Part shown: positions 8,990 to 17,652 of the stretch, in pieces | Numbering within the stretch: the first letter of the stretch is position 1 | Layout of the letters: each line of letters opens with the position of its first letter | NCBI RefSeq assembly: GCF_943913055.1 | Contig: NZ_CALTWS010000001.1 | Coordinates: 1 to 39,737, forward strand | Length of the DNA: 39,737 bases | Direction of reading: 5' to 3' | Source of the DNA: an uncultured Brevundimonas sp. | Lineage (GTDB): Bacteria > Pseudomonadota > Alphaproteobacteria > Caulobacterales > Caulobacteraceae | Made by a program: the position numbers and the translations under genes | The notes under the pieces: model-generated | Database searches by the model: none | Told to the model about the DNA's origin: nothing | The model's input: only the letters and a program-made list of their open reading frames with translations

Positions 8990-11491
8990 ATGCGTCATCG
9001 TCTGCTTGCTCGGGCTCTGCCCACGTTCGTTCTTCTGGCCGCCCTCGCCGGTCCGGTCATGGCCCAGGAAGCCCAGAACGGGGTCACCTATCAGCAGCCG
9101 CCCGCTCCGATCGCCCAGATCTTGGACACCAAGCCGACGCCGACCCCGTCGCTCAGCCCCGACGACCAGACCCTGGCCCTGTTCGACCGGTCGAACCTGC
9201 CGTCCATCGCCGAGCTGGCCGAGCCCATGCTGCGGCTGGGCGGCTACCGCATCAATCCGCGCAACAACGGCCCGGCCAACAGCCGCATCAGCTGGCTGAC
9301 GGGCATGAGCTTCCAGCAGGTCGAGGGTGGGGCCCTCCGTCCGGTCAGCCTGCCTGCCGATGCACGCTTCACCTCGCCCAGCTGGTCGCCGGACGGCAAG
9401 TCGGTTGCCTTCCTGATGGATGCGCCGCAAGGGATGGAGCTGTGGGTCGCGGACGTCGCTGCCGCGACGGCCCGCAAGGTGGCCGACGGCTACGTCAATG
9501 CCGCCGCCGGTGCCGGCTTCGACTGGCTGCCCGACAACTCCGGTCTGGTGGTGCGCATGGTGCCTGCCGGACGCGGCGCGGCTCCCGACACCACCCGTCC
9601 GCCTGCGGGGCCAACGATTTCGGAGACCGGCGGTCGTGCGGCACCGACCCGGACCTATCAGGACCTGTTGTCCGATGCGGGCGACGAGGCCCTGTTCGAC
9701 CATTACTTCACCTCCCAGCTGGCGGTGGTGTCGCTGGACGGAACGGTCCGCCCGATAGGCCAGCCCGGTGTGATCCTGGGGGCGTCCGTGTCGCCTGACG
9801 GGGCGCATGTGCTCCAGACCCGGGTCAAGAAACCCTACAGCTATGTGGTGCCCGCCAGCCTGTTCCCGTCCGAGGTGACGGTCACCGACCTGCAGGGTCG
9901 GGTCGTGCATCAGGTCGCCGACCTGCCCCTGCGCGACAACATCCCCACCCCGTTCGATTCCGTCGCGCCCGGCCCGCGCTCGGTCCAGTGGCGCGCTGAC
10001 GCGCCGGCCACCCTCGTCTGGGCCGAGGCCCAGGACGGCGGCGATTCCCGCAGCGCCTCCGAGGTCCGCGACCGCGTCCTGATGCTGGCCGCGCCGTTCA
10101 ATGGCCAGCCGGTCAAGCTGATCGATCTGGACGAACGCTACGGCGGGGTCGACTGGGGCCGCGACGATCTGGCGATCGTCGGCAGCCGCTGGTTCAACAC
10201 CCGCAACGAGACCCGCTATGTGGTCGATCCGTCGAACCCGGGCCAGGGCCGCGTCCTGCTGGAGCGCAACTATCAGGATCGCTACAACGACCCGGGCTCG
10301 CCCGTGTCCCAGCCGACCGGCAACGGCTTCAACGTCATGCGCTTCACCCCTGACGGCTCGCGCGTCCTGATGACCGGCGCGGGTGCGACGCGGCAGGGGG
10401 AATATCCCTTCCTGGCGGCGATGGACCTGAACACCGGCCAGTCCGAGCGTATCTGGACCTCGGCTCCGGGGGCCTATGAGAGCCTGGTCGGTATTCTGGA
10501 TGACGAGGGTCGCCGTCTGGTCACGCGCCGCGAGACCAGGGACATGCCGGGCAACCTCTATATCCGCAGCCTGGACGACGATCAGGCGGCGGCCCCGACC
10601 ACGGCCCTGACCGCCTTCCCCGATCCCGCGCCGCAACTGGCTGGGGTGTCGCGCGAGCTGATCACCTATACCCGCGCCGACGGGGTCCAGCTGTCCGGCA
10701 CGCTGTATCTGCCCGCCGGTTACGACAAGACCCGCGACGGCCCGCTGCCACTGGTCATGTGGGCCTATCCGGCGGAGTTCACCGACGCCGCCGTCGCCGG
10801 TCAGGTGGTCGATACCGACAACCGCTTCGTGCGTCCCGGCGGGTCCAGCCACCTGTTCCTGCTGACCCAGGGCTATGCCGTGCTGGACAATCCGACCATG
10901 CCGATCATCGGCGTGAACGGGGCCGAGCCGAACGACACCTATATCGAACAGCTGAGCGCCTCGGCCGAGGCGGCGGTCAAGGCGGTGGTGGATCGGGGTG
11001 TGGCCGACCCGGACAGGATCGCCGTCGGTGGCCACTCCTACGGAGCCTTCATGACGGCCAACCTGCTGGCGCACACCGACCTGTTCCGCACCGGCATCGC
11101 GCGCTCAGGGGCTTATAACCGGACCCTGACGCCCTTCGGTTTCCAGGCCGAACAGCGCACCTATTGGGAGGCGACCGAGACCTATCAGGAGATGTCGCCC
11201 TTCACCTATGCCAACCGCGTCAATGAGCCGATCCTGCTGATCCACGGCGAGGCCGACGACAACTCCGGCACCTTCCCGATCCAGTCGGAGCGCTTCTATG
11301 CGGCGCTGAAGGGGCAGGGGGCGACGGTGCGCTATGTCGTGTTGCCGCTGGAGGCCCACGGCTATCGCGCGCGCGAGTCCGTCGGTCATACTTTGTGGGA
11401 GACCGTTCGCTGGCTGGATCAGTACGTCAAGAATGCCGGCCCACGTCAGGTCGCGGCGGCACCGGCGACGGCGACATCGGGCACGCCCTGA
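8990..11491 (+). CDS. Secreted S9-family (prolyl oligopeptidase/acylaminoacyl peptidase-like) serine peptidase
   Basis: Signal peptide; beta-propeller repeats (SWSPDG, VSPDG); catalytic GHSYG, HGEADDN, EAHGY. Confidence 0.9.
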   Translation: MRHRLLARALPTFVLLAALAGPVMAQEAQNGVTYQQPPAPIAQILDTKPTPTPSLSPDDQTLALFDRSNLPSIAELAEPMLRLGGYRINPRNNGPANSRISWLTGMSFQQVEGGALRPVSLPADARFTSPSWSPDGKSVAFLMDAPQGMELWVADVAAATARKVADGYVNAAAGAGFDWLPDNSGLVVRMVPAGRGAAPDTTRPPAGPTISETGGRAAPTRTYQDLLSDAGDEALFDHYFTSQLAVVSLDGTVRPIGQPGVILGASVSPDGAHVLQTRVKKPYSYVVPASLFPSEVTVTDLQGRVVHQVADLPLRDNIPTPFDSVAPGPRSVQWRADAPATLVWAEAQDGGDSRSASEVRDRVLMLAAPFNGQPVKLIDLDERYGGVDWGRDDLAIVGSRWFNTRNETRYVVDPSNPGQGRVLLERNYQDRYNDPGSPVSQPTGNGFNVMRFTPDGSRVLMTGAGATRQGEYPFLAAMDLNTGQSERIWTSAPGAYESLVGILDDEGRRLVTRRETRDMPGNLYIRSLDDDQAAAPTTALTAFPDPAPQLAGVSRELITYTRADGVQLSGTLYLPAGYDKTRDGPLPLVMWAYPAEFTDAAVAGQVVDTDNRFVRPGGSSHLFLLTQGYAVLDNPTMPIIGVNGAEPNDTYIEQLSASAEAAVKAVVDRGVADPDRIAVGGHSYGAFMTANLLAHTDLFRTGIARSGAYNRTLTPFGFQAEQRTYWEATETYQEMSPFTYANRVNEPILLIHGEADDNSGTFPIQSERFYAALKGQGATVRYVVLPLEAHGYRARESVGHTLWETVRWLDQYVKNAGPRQVAAAPATATSGTP

Positions 11492-11508
11492 TTTCGTCGT
11501 CGCCGCGG

Positions 11509-11526
11509 TGCAACAATCTTGTTGCA
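11509..11526. promoter_or_regulatory. Perfect palindrome upstream of the Anbu operon, candidate operator
   Basis: TGCAACAA-TC-TTGTTGCA in an AT-richer intergenic spacer. Confidence 0.45.
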
Positions 11527-11581
11527 ACGCTGTTGTGTCTCGGTCCACCCTGACCGGACGCATCAGCCTGCAGGAGCCGCA

Positions 11582-12994
11582 TTGGCGTTCGACGAAATGT
11601 CCGGAATGGGCGGCGAGGTCCGCGACAGCTATCGGGGCCTCGCTCGGTGGCTGGCGGACGCGCCGGAGGGCCTGTTGCAGGCTCGCTCGCGCCAGGCCGA
11701 GCTGTTCTTTCGCCGCATGGGCATCACCTTCGCCGTGTATGGCGAGGCGGAGAGCAGCGAACGGCTGATCCCCTTCGATGTCGTGCCGCGCATCATCGGC
11801 GCATCCGAATGGGCGGGGCTGGAGGCCGGCCTGGTTCAGCGGGTTAATGTCATCAACGCCTTCCTGTCCGACATCTATGGCAAGCAGGAGTGTCTGAAGG
11901 CCGGGATCATCCCCGCCGAACTGGTACTGACCAATCCCTACTATGTGCCGCAGATGCAGGGTCGCCGACCACCGCGCGACATCTGGGTCCAGATCGCGGG
12001 CGTCGATCTGGTCCGCACCGGCGAGGACGGCTTCTATGTGCTGGAGGACAACTGCCGCACGCCGTCCGGCGTCTCCTACATGCTGGAAAACCGCGAGATG
12101 ATGATGCGGTTGTTCCCCGACCTGTTCGCCGACTATCCGGTGCGTCCGGTCGAGACCTATGCCGACATGCTGCTGGCCAGCTTGCGCGGCTGTGCGCCGC
12201 TGGGGGCCGGGTCGGACCCGACGATCGTGCTGCTGACGCCGGGGCCCTACAACTCGGCCTATTACGAACACTCCTTCCTGGCCGACAAGCTGGGTGTGGA
12301 ACTGGTCGAGGGCAGCGACCTGTTCGTCGATGACGACCATGTCTTCATGCGCACCACCCAGGGCCGCCAGCAGGTGGACGTCATCTACCGTCGGCTGGAC
12401 GATGACTTTCTGGATCCCCTGATGTTCCGCCCGGATTCGGCGCTGGGCGTGCCGGGCCTGATGACCGCCTATCAGGCAGGGAATGTGGCGCTGGCCAATG
12501 CGGTCGGCACCGGCGTGGCCGATGACAAGGCCGTCTATACCTACATGCCTGAACTGGTCCGTTTCTATACGGGCGAGGAGCCGATCCTGAAGAATGTGCC
12601 GACCTGGCGCTGCCGCGAGCCGGAGGCGTTCAAGCATGTGCTGGCCAATCTGGATCAGCTGGTGGTCAAGGAGGTCGGCGGCTCAGGCGGCTATGGCATG
12701 CTGGTCGGCCCGGCCTCGACCAAGGCCGAGGTGGAGGCCTTCCGCAAGAAGCTGATCAACGACCCCGACGACTTCATCGCCCAGCCGACCCTGGCGCTGT
12801 CGACCGCGCCGACGCTGGACAAGGGCGAGCTGTCCAGCCGCCACGTCGACCTGCGCCCCTTCGTCCTGTCCAGCCCCGACGGCGTGAAGGTCGCGCCCGG
12901 CGGCCTGACCCGCGTCGCGTTGAAGGCCGGATCGCTGGTCGTCAACTCCAGCCAGGGCGGCGGAACCAAGGACACCTGGGTGCTGGATGTTTGA
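11582..12994 (+). CDS. Circularly permuted ATP-grasp type 2 protein
   Basis: ERLIPFDVVPRII, LEDNCRTPSGVSYMLENR, NSAYYEHSFLA, VDLRPF, VVNSSQGGGTKDTWV. GGAG precedes TTG 11582; alternative start ATG 11597. Confidence 0.92.
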   Translation: MAFDEMSGMGGEVRDSYRGLARWLADAPEGLLQARSRQAELFFRRMGITFAVYGEAESSERLIPFDVVPRIIGASEWAGLEAGLVQRVNVINAFLSDIYGKQECLKAGIIPAELVLTNPYYVPQMQGRRPPRDIWVQIAGVDLVRTGEDGFYVLEDNCRTPSGVSYMLENREMMMRLFPDLFADYPVRPVETYADMLLASLRGCAPLGAGSDPTIVLLTPGPYNSAYYEHSFLADKLGVELVEGSDLFVDDDHVFMRTTQGRQQVDVIYRRLDDDFLDPLMFRPDSALGVPGLMTAYQAGNVALANAVGTGVADDKAVYTYMPELVRFYTGEEPILKNVPTWRCREPEAFKHVLANLDQLVVKEVGGSGGYGMLVGPASTKAEVEAFRKKLINDPDDFIAQPTLALSTAPTLDKGELSSRHVDLRPFVLSSPDGVKVAPGGLTRVALKAGSLVVNSSQGGGTKDTWVLDV

Positions 12995-13007
12995 GCCTCG
13001 CAAACAT

Positions 13008-13132
13008 CCGCTCATCCCGGCGAATGCCGGGACCCAGATCACGAACGCGGTCGATGGGATGACGAACGATTTCTTCTGCTCAAGCCGCCGGTGTCATTGC
13101 ATCTGGGTCCCGGCATTCGCCGGGATGAGCGG
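13008..13132. repeat. REP doublet (second copy of the family at 8774)
   Basis: CCGCTCATCCCGGCGAATGCCGGGACCCAGAT ... ATCTGGGTCCCGGCATTCGCCGGGATGAGCGG, perfect 32-bp inverted arms. Confidence 0.85.
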
Positions 13133-13140
13133 TTTTTAGC

Positions 13141-14073
13141 ATGCTATCGCGTACCGCAGACAGCCTGTACTGGACCGGCCGCTACATCGAGCGGGCGGAC
13201 TTTCTCGCGCGCATTCTGGAGGCCACGCTGCGCCTCGCCGCCATTCCCACGCGCGGGGATGGCGACGCTGAAACCGTCTGGGCCAGCGCGCTGGCCTCGG
13301 CCGGAGCGCCCAAGGCGCTGGGCCGGTCGCCGACCGAAAAGTCGGTACGGGAGTTCCTGGCCTTTTCGACGCTGAACTCCTCGTCCATCACCTCCTGCAT
13401 CACCCGGGCCCGGACCAATGCGCGCTCGGTCCGTACGGCCCTGACGGTCGAGCTGTGGGAGGCGATCAACGGGGCCTGGAATGGTCTGGCCGAGCAGGGC
13501 CAACCGACGCGCCGCGACGACTTCGTGCACTTTCTGGAATGGGTGAAGACCGTCACCCTGTCGGTCGAGGGCGCGACCAGCCGAACGATGCTGCGCGGCG
13601 ATGCCTATTATTTCCTGCGTCTGGGCGCGGCGATCGAGCGGGCGGACAACACCGCCCGGCTGCTGGACGTCAAATACCATCTGCTGCTGCCCGAAGGCGA
13701 ACGGGTCGGCGGCCAGCTGGACTATTTTCAGTGGACCACCCTGCTGCGCGAGGTTTCGGCGCTTACAGCCTATCGCTGGGTCTATCGCGACTCGGTCAAG
13801 CCGTGGCTGGTCGCCGACCTGCTGGTGCTGAACCGCCAGATGCCGCGCTCGCTGGCGAGCTGTCAGGCATCGATCGTGCGCTATCTGGAGCGGCTGGCCT
13901 CCGACTATGGTCGCCGTGGTCCTGCCCAGCGTCTGGCGCAGGAGCGGATGCGTGCCTTCGACGGGGCCAATATCGACGCCATCTTTCAGTCCGGCCTGCA
14001 CGAATACATCCAGTCGTTCCTGTACGAGAACGGTCGACTGGGTCAGGCCATCACCGACCAGTATTTGAGCTGA
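13141..14073 (+). CDS. Alpha-E domain protein
   Basis: MLSRTADSLYWTGRYIERADFLAR and a second ER repeat, LGAAIERADNTARLLDVKY; PRSL motif. Confidence 0.92.
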   Translation: MLSRTADSLYWTGRYIERADFLARILEATLRLAAIPTRGDGDAETVWASALASAGAPKALGRSPTEKSVREFLAFSTLNSSSITSCITRARTNARSVRTALTVELWEAINGAWNGLAEQGQPTRRDDFVHFLEWVKTVTLSVEGATSRTMLRGDAYYFLRLGAAIERADNTARLLDVKYHLLLPEGERVGGQLDYFQWTTLLREVSALTAYRWVYRDSVKPWLVADLLVLNRQMPRSLASCQASIVRYLERLASDYGRRGPAQRLAQERMRAFDGANIDAIFQSGLHEYIQSFLYENGRLGQAITDQYLS

Positions 14074-14082
14074 TCCAGACCC

Positions 14083-14907
14083 ATGCGTATCCGGATCGAC
14101 CACTCCACCACCTATTCCTATGATCGCGCCGCGCGGTACATCATCCAGACGCTGCGCCTGACGCCGCGCACGTCCGAGAGCCAGACCGTGCGCGGCTGGC
14201 GGATCGAGACCGATGTGGACGCCCGACTGCGTCAATCCGAAGACGCCTTCGGCAACATCGTCCATGCCCTCTATACGGAACAGCCGACGACCAGCCTTAC
14301 GGTGCGGGTCACGGGCGAGGTGACCACGGTCGACACCGCCGGGGTCGTCCGCGCGGGCCATGAACAGCTGTCGCCGATCGTCTATCTGCGCGACACGCCT
14401 TTAACCAAGCCGGACAAGCTGATCGCGGTCTTCGCGTCCGAGTTCAAGGCCCACCCGCCGCTGGAGCGGATGCACCGGCTGATGGCGGCCATCCACGGCT
14501 CGGTCGCCTTCGAGGTCGGGGTGACGACGCCGACCCACACAGCCGCCCAGGTGCTCGCTCTGGGCCGAGGCGTCTGTCAGGACCACGCCCATGTCTTCGT
14601 GTCCGCCGCCCGCTCGATGGGCGTGCCGGCGCGCTATGTCTCCGGCCACTTCCTGCGTCGCGACCGCGAGGATCAGGAGGCCGCCCATGCCTGGGCCGAG
14701 GCCTGGATCGAGGATTTCGGCTGGGTCGGCTTTGATCCTGCCAACGGTATCTGCCCGACCGACCGCTATGTGCGCGTGGCCGTGGGCCTGGACTATCTGG
14801 GGGCCGCCCCTGTGCGCGGCACCAGCTATGGCGGGCGGGGTGAAAAACTGGCGGTCCAGCTGACCGTGCGTGATGCCGACATGCAACAGGGCCAGCAGCA
14901 GGCATAG
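14083..14907 (+). CDS. Transglutaminase-like protein
   Basis: Catalytic triad context GVCQDHAH, AHAWAE, WVGFDPAN; N-terminal IDHSTTYSY. Confidence 0.92.
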   Translation: MRIRIDHSTTYSYDRAARYIIQTLRLTPRTSESQTVRGWRIETDVDARLRQSEDAFGNIVHALYTEQPTTSLTVRVTGEVTTVDTAGVVRAGHEQLSPIVYLRDTPLTKPDKLIAVFASEFKAHPPLERMHRLMAAIHGSVAFEVGVTTPTHTAAQVLALGRGVCQDHAHVFVSAARSMGVPARYVSGHFLRRDREDQEAAHAWAEAWIEDFGWVGFDPANGICPTDRYVRVAVGLDYLGAAPVRGTSYGGRGEKLAVQLTVRDADMQQGQQQA

Positions 14908-14992
14908 GCTATCGCGTGACAGGGGGATGACGGTCGCGCGAATCGGCTAGTGTCACTCAGCCGACTTTGGGGCGTCGCAGGATGGGGATCCG

Positions 14993-15733
14993 GTGACTTA
15001 TTGCGTAGGCATGCTGGTCGAAGAAGGCCTGGCGATGATCGCCGACACCCGGACCAATGCCGGGGTGGACAACATCTCGTCCTATAAGAAGCTGCACGTC
15101 GTCAACCAGCCGGGCGAGCGGGTGCTGGGCGTCTGTACCGCCGGCAATCTGTCTGTGACCCAGACGGCGCTGGCCATGGTGCGCGACGGGGTCAATCTGC
15201 ATGTCGGCGAACCGCCCGAGACGCTGGAGACCGCGCCCAGCCTGTTCCGCTGTGCCCAGTTGCTGGGTCATGCGTTGCGCGAGACCCGCATGTCCATCGC
15301 CCCGGCCATGGAGGCCGACAGCCTGAACACCTCCGCCTCCATGCTGCTGGGTGGTCAGATCGCGGGCGGCGAGATGGGGCTGTATCTGATCTACAGCCAG
15401 GGCAACTTCATCGAATGCGGCCTGGACACCCCCTTTCTTCAGATCGGGGAGCTGAAGTACGGAAAGCCCATTCTGCAAAGCGGCCTGTCGTCCGACACGC
15501 CACTGGCCACGGCGGTCAAGCTGGGCCTGATCTCGTTCTCGACCACCATGCGATGCAATGTGGGCGTCGGGTCGCCCTTCGACATGCTGACCCTGCGGCG
15601 CGGCTATCTGAGCGGGGACGAGCGCCGCATCGACAGGGACGACCCCTATTTCACCGACCTGCACGACCAGTGGACCCGGGCACAGACGGCGGCCCGCCGC
15701 GCCATGCCCGAGCCGCCGTGGATGTTGAGCTAG
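14993..15733 (+). CDS. anbu: Proteasome-type protease Anbu
   Basis: N-terminal TYCVG (Thr1 nucleophile), ADTRTNAGVDNISSYKKL, AGNLSVTQ, QIGELKYGKPIL; canonical operon position. Confidence 0.9.
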   Translation: MTYCVGMLVEEGLAMIADTRTNAGVDNISSYKKLHVVNQPGERVLGVCTAGNLSVTQTALAMVRDGVNLHVGEPPETLETAPSLFRCAQLLGHALRETRMSIAPAMEADSLNTSASMLLGGQIAGGEMGLYLIYSQGNFIECGLDTPFLQIGELKYGKPILQSGLSSDTPLATAVKLGLISFSTTMRCNVGVGSPFDMLTLRRGYLSGDERRIDRDDPYFTDLHDQWTRAQTAARRAMPEPPWMLS

Positions 15734-15754
15734 GGGGACGGTCGCCTCCCCCTG
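15732..15754. terminator. Possible hairpin between convergent genes
   Basis: AGGGGGA-cggtcgcc-TCCCCCT directly after the anbu stop; no clear U tract. Confidence 0.3.
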
Positions 15755-15769
15755 ACAGAGCCGCGTTGG

Positions 15770-16933
15770 TCAGCGGCTGCCGGAGATCGATCCCGCGAGC
15801 GGCCGAGTTCCGGACCGACCGACCAGACGCACGGCCAGCCACAGACCCAAACCGGCCACCAGCAGCCCAATCGCAAGAAGGGGGCGAACGGCCAGCCACG
15901 CCACCGCAATGGTGCCTGCGGTCAACGCTGTGGCCAGTACGAAGCCGATCCAGCCAGTTACCGTACCGAGCAGCGTGGCCACGAAAGGCACGACATTGGC
16001 CAGTGCGGACAGCGGGCCAAGCAGCATCAGAAAGCCGATGATGGCCATCAGATAGCCCCCGCCGCGGATCACCCAGGTGACCAGTCCCTCACTGGACTTC
16101 TGGTCGGCGAACATGGCGTCGGCGGCAATTGAGCCCGGCCGGGCGGTCAACAGGCTGTAGTCGCTCCCAGGAGCCGTCCATAACGCTAGCCCGGTGCCGG
16201 ATTGCTGACCCAGCACGGACATGACCGTGCCGGATGGCAACTGTCGATAGCTCACGCGGATGTCGCCTATCCGGGGTGATGCGGCGGTACCGGTGCCACG
16301 GAACAGACCCGTCTCTGTTTGCACCCAGCCTTGCGGGATGACATTCGGTCGTACAGGCGTTTCAGCCGGAACCTGCTCAAGCAGAGCCTGTGACACCGCA
16401 AACCCGCCCATCCTGGCGTCGGCCGCGAAATAGGCCTGGGAGCGGAAGGCAAATGCAGGATTTGTGTGTCCCTGGGGCTCTGCAAAGGTCGAGCTGTCCT
16501 GGGGGGCGTCGCTCCAGCCAGGCGCATAGCTGTAGGTGGTCGTGGTCTCCTGCGTGCCACCCAGCTTGTCCTGAGTTTGCGAGGATGTGGTCTGGATCCA
16601 CTGGAACATCTCGACTGTGCGCCGCACACCAAGGGCTGCCGGGAAGACGGCTCCCGTGTCGGGATCGGTGATGGCTGAAGACGTGACGACCGGGCCGCTC
16701 AGGTGCACCAGCCTGCCCTCGTTTGTCGGCGAAACGGTCGGTTGAGGCAGGGAGAGGGCCACACGTTCACCCGCAGCCAACCCGCGGCTCGCCTCCACGG
16801 CTCGCCCTTCATTCCAGAAAACGACGGCGACACTGGCCACGATCAACGCCAGGCCGATCAGTGTGCCGACCAGACTGTCGCCCAGACGTTGCAGATAGTT
16901 GCGCCGCGTCACCACGGTGGTGTTTCGAGCCAT
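15770..16933 (-). CDS. TMEM43 (LUMA/DUF1625)-family membrane protein
   Basis: N-terminal TM followed by FWNEGRAV; NEGRLVHLSG; RRTVEMFQW; PRIGDIRVSY; C-terminal TM cluster ending IAVAWLAVRP. Confidence 0.85.
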   Translation of the reverse strand: MARNTTVVTRRNYLQRLGDSLVGTLIGLALIVASVAVVFWNEGRAVEASRGLAAGERVALSLPQPTVSPTNEGRLVHLSGPVVTSSAITDPDTGAVFPAALGVRRTVEMFQWIQTTSSQTQDKLGGTQETTTTYSYAPGWSDAPQDSSTFAEPQGHTNPAFAFRSQAYFAADARMGGFAVSQALLEQVPAETPVRPNVIPQGWVQTETGLFRGTGTAASPRIGDIRVSYRQLPSGTVMSVLGQQSGTGLALWTAPGSDYSLLTARPGSIAADAMFADQKSSEGLVTWVIRGGGYLMAIIGFLMLLGPLSALANVVPFVATLLGTVTGWIGFVLATALTAGTIAVAWLAVRPLLAIGLLVAGLGLWLAVRLVGRSGTRPLAGSISGSR

Positions 16934-17010
16934 GACAGCCCTCCGAACAGGTGTTGGTGTGGGATCGCAGTTGCGGGGCCGGCCGTTCGGCCAGCCCCGC
17001 TGGACCGTCG

Positions 17011-17466
17011 TCAGGGCGTTTCGGTGATCAGAAGCGTGGCGGACGATGTCCCGCCGCCGAAGGTGCCGATCCAGACGTCATAGGTGCCGCTCTGGGGACG
17101 GTTGAAACGCACCTCGGCGTCCCCGTCGCCATAGCTGTCGTCATCACAGGACCAGCTGCCGTCTGGGCCGTTGATGATCAGGGTCGTGTCCGACGACGAC
17201 AGGGTGCGGAAAACCAGGGGCAGGCTGCCAGCCGAATAGCTGACCTCGAAATCGGGGGCCTCGCTGATCATGCCGGTGCAGGAACCGGGCAGGGCACCAC
17301 CATTCACCGAGCCACCGGCGGTGACCTGCACGCGGTAGGGATCGGGCGTGAAGCCCGAGCGCAGATTGATCTCGCCGTAGTTGGCGGTCAGCCCGGCGTT
17401 CTGGGCGGCAACCGGGCCAGCCACCAGCGTGGCCAGAGCGGCAATAAGAGCGACTTTCCTCATCAT
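17011..17466 (-). CDS. Small secreted protein with a PPC-like beta-sandwich domain
   Basis: Signal peptide; SGFTPDP, DTTLIINGPDGSWSCDDDS, SGTYDVWIG; no catalytic protease domain visible. Confidence 0.7.
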   Translation of the reverse strand: MMRKVALIAALATLVAGPVAAQNAGLTANYGEINLRSGFTPDPYRVQVTAGGSVNGGALPGSCTGMISEAPDFEVSYSAGSLPLVFRTLSSSDTTLIINGPDGSWSCDDDSYGDGDAEVRFNRPQSGTYDVWIGTFGGGTSSATLLITETP

Positions 17467-17530
17467 GCATCCTCAGCAAGTTTCATGGAGCGACGTTATG
17501 TCGACTGTGGCTTTCATAGGACGCAGCTTG

Positions 17531-17561
17531 GCCATATGGCTACCGCCACGTATATGGCGGT
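17531..17561. promoter_or_regulatory. Paired palindromes in the divergent promoter, candidate response-regulator site
   Basis: GCCATATGGC (17531-17540) and ACCGCCA-cgtata-TGGCGGT (17542-17561); both contain ATATGGC. Confidence 0.4.
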
Positions 17562-17652
17562 CGTCGAACGGTGCTCGATGGGCCTTTAACGGCTGTCGCT
17601 GGGACCAAGAGCCAGCCAGGATTTGAATGTCGAGCGCAGCTAGGGGGAGCGC

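Noticed and set aside
8972..11074. 700-aa antisense ORF, and similar long antisense ORFs such as 11105-12637, 13144-14361 and 22363-23655
   Set aside because: Shadow frames opposite well-supported genes in high-GC DNA, with no recognisable motifs.
8774..13132. CRISPR array or IS ends suggested by the palindromic repeats
   Set aside because: Only two isolated inverted doublets, with no regular repeat-spacer period and no cas or transposase gene.
16974..17000. GC-rich hairpin as an intrinsic terminator between the secreted-protein and TMEM43 genes
   Set aside because: The stem is present, but there is no U tract on the coding strand, so a function cannot be assigned.
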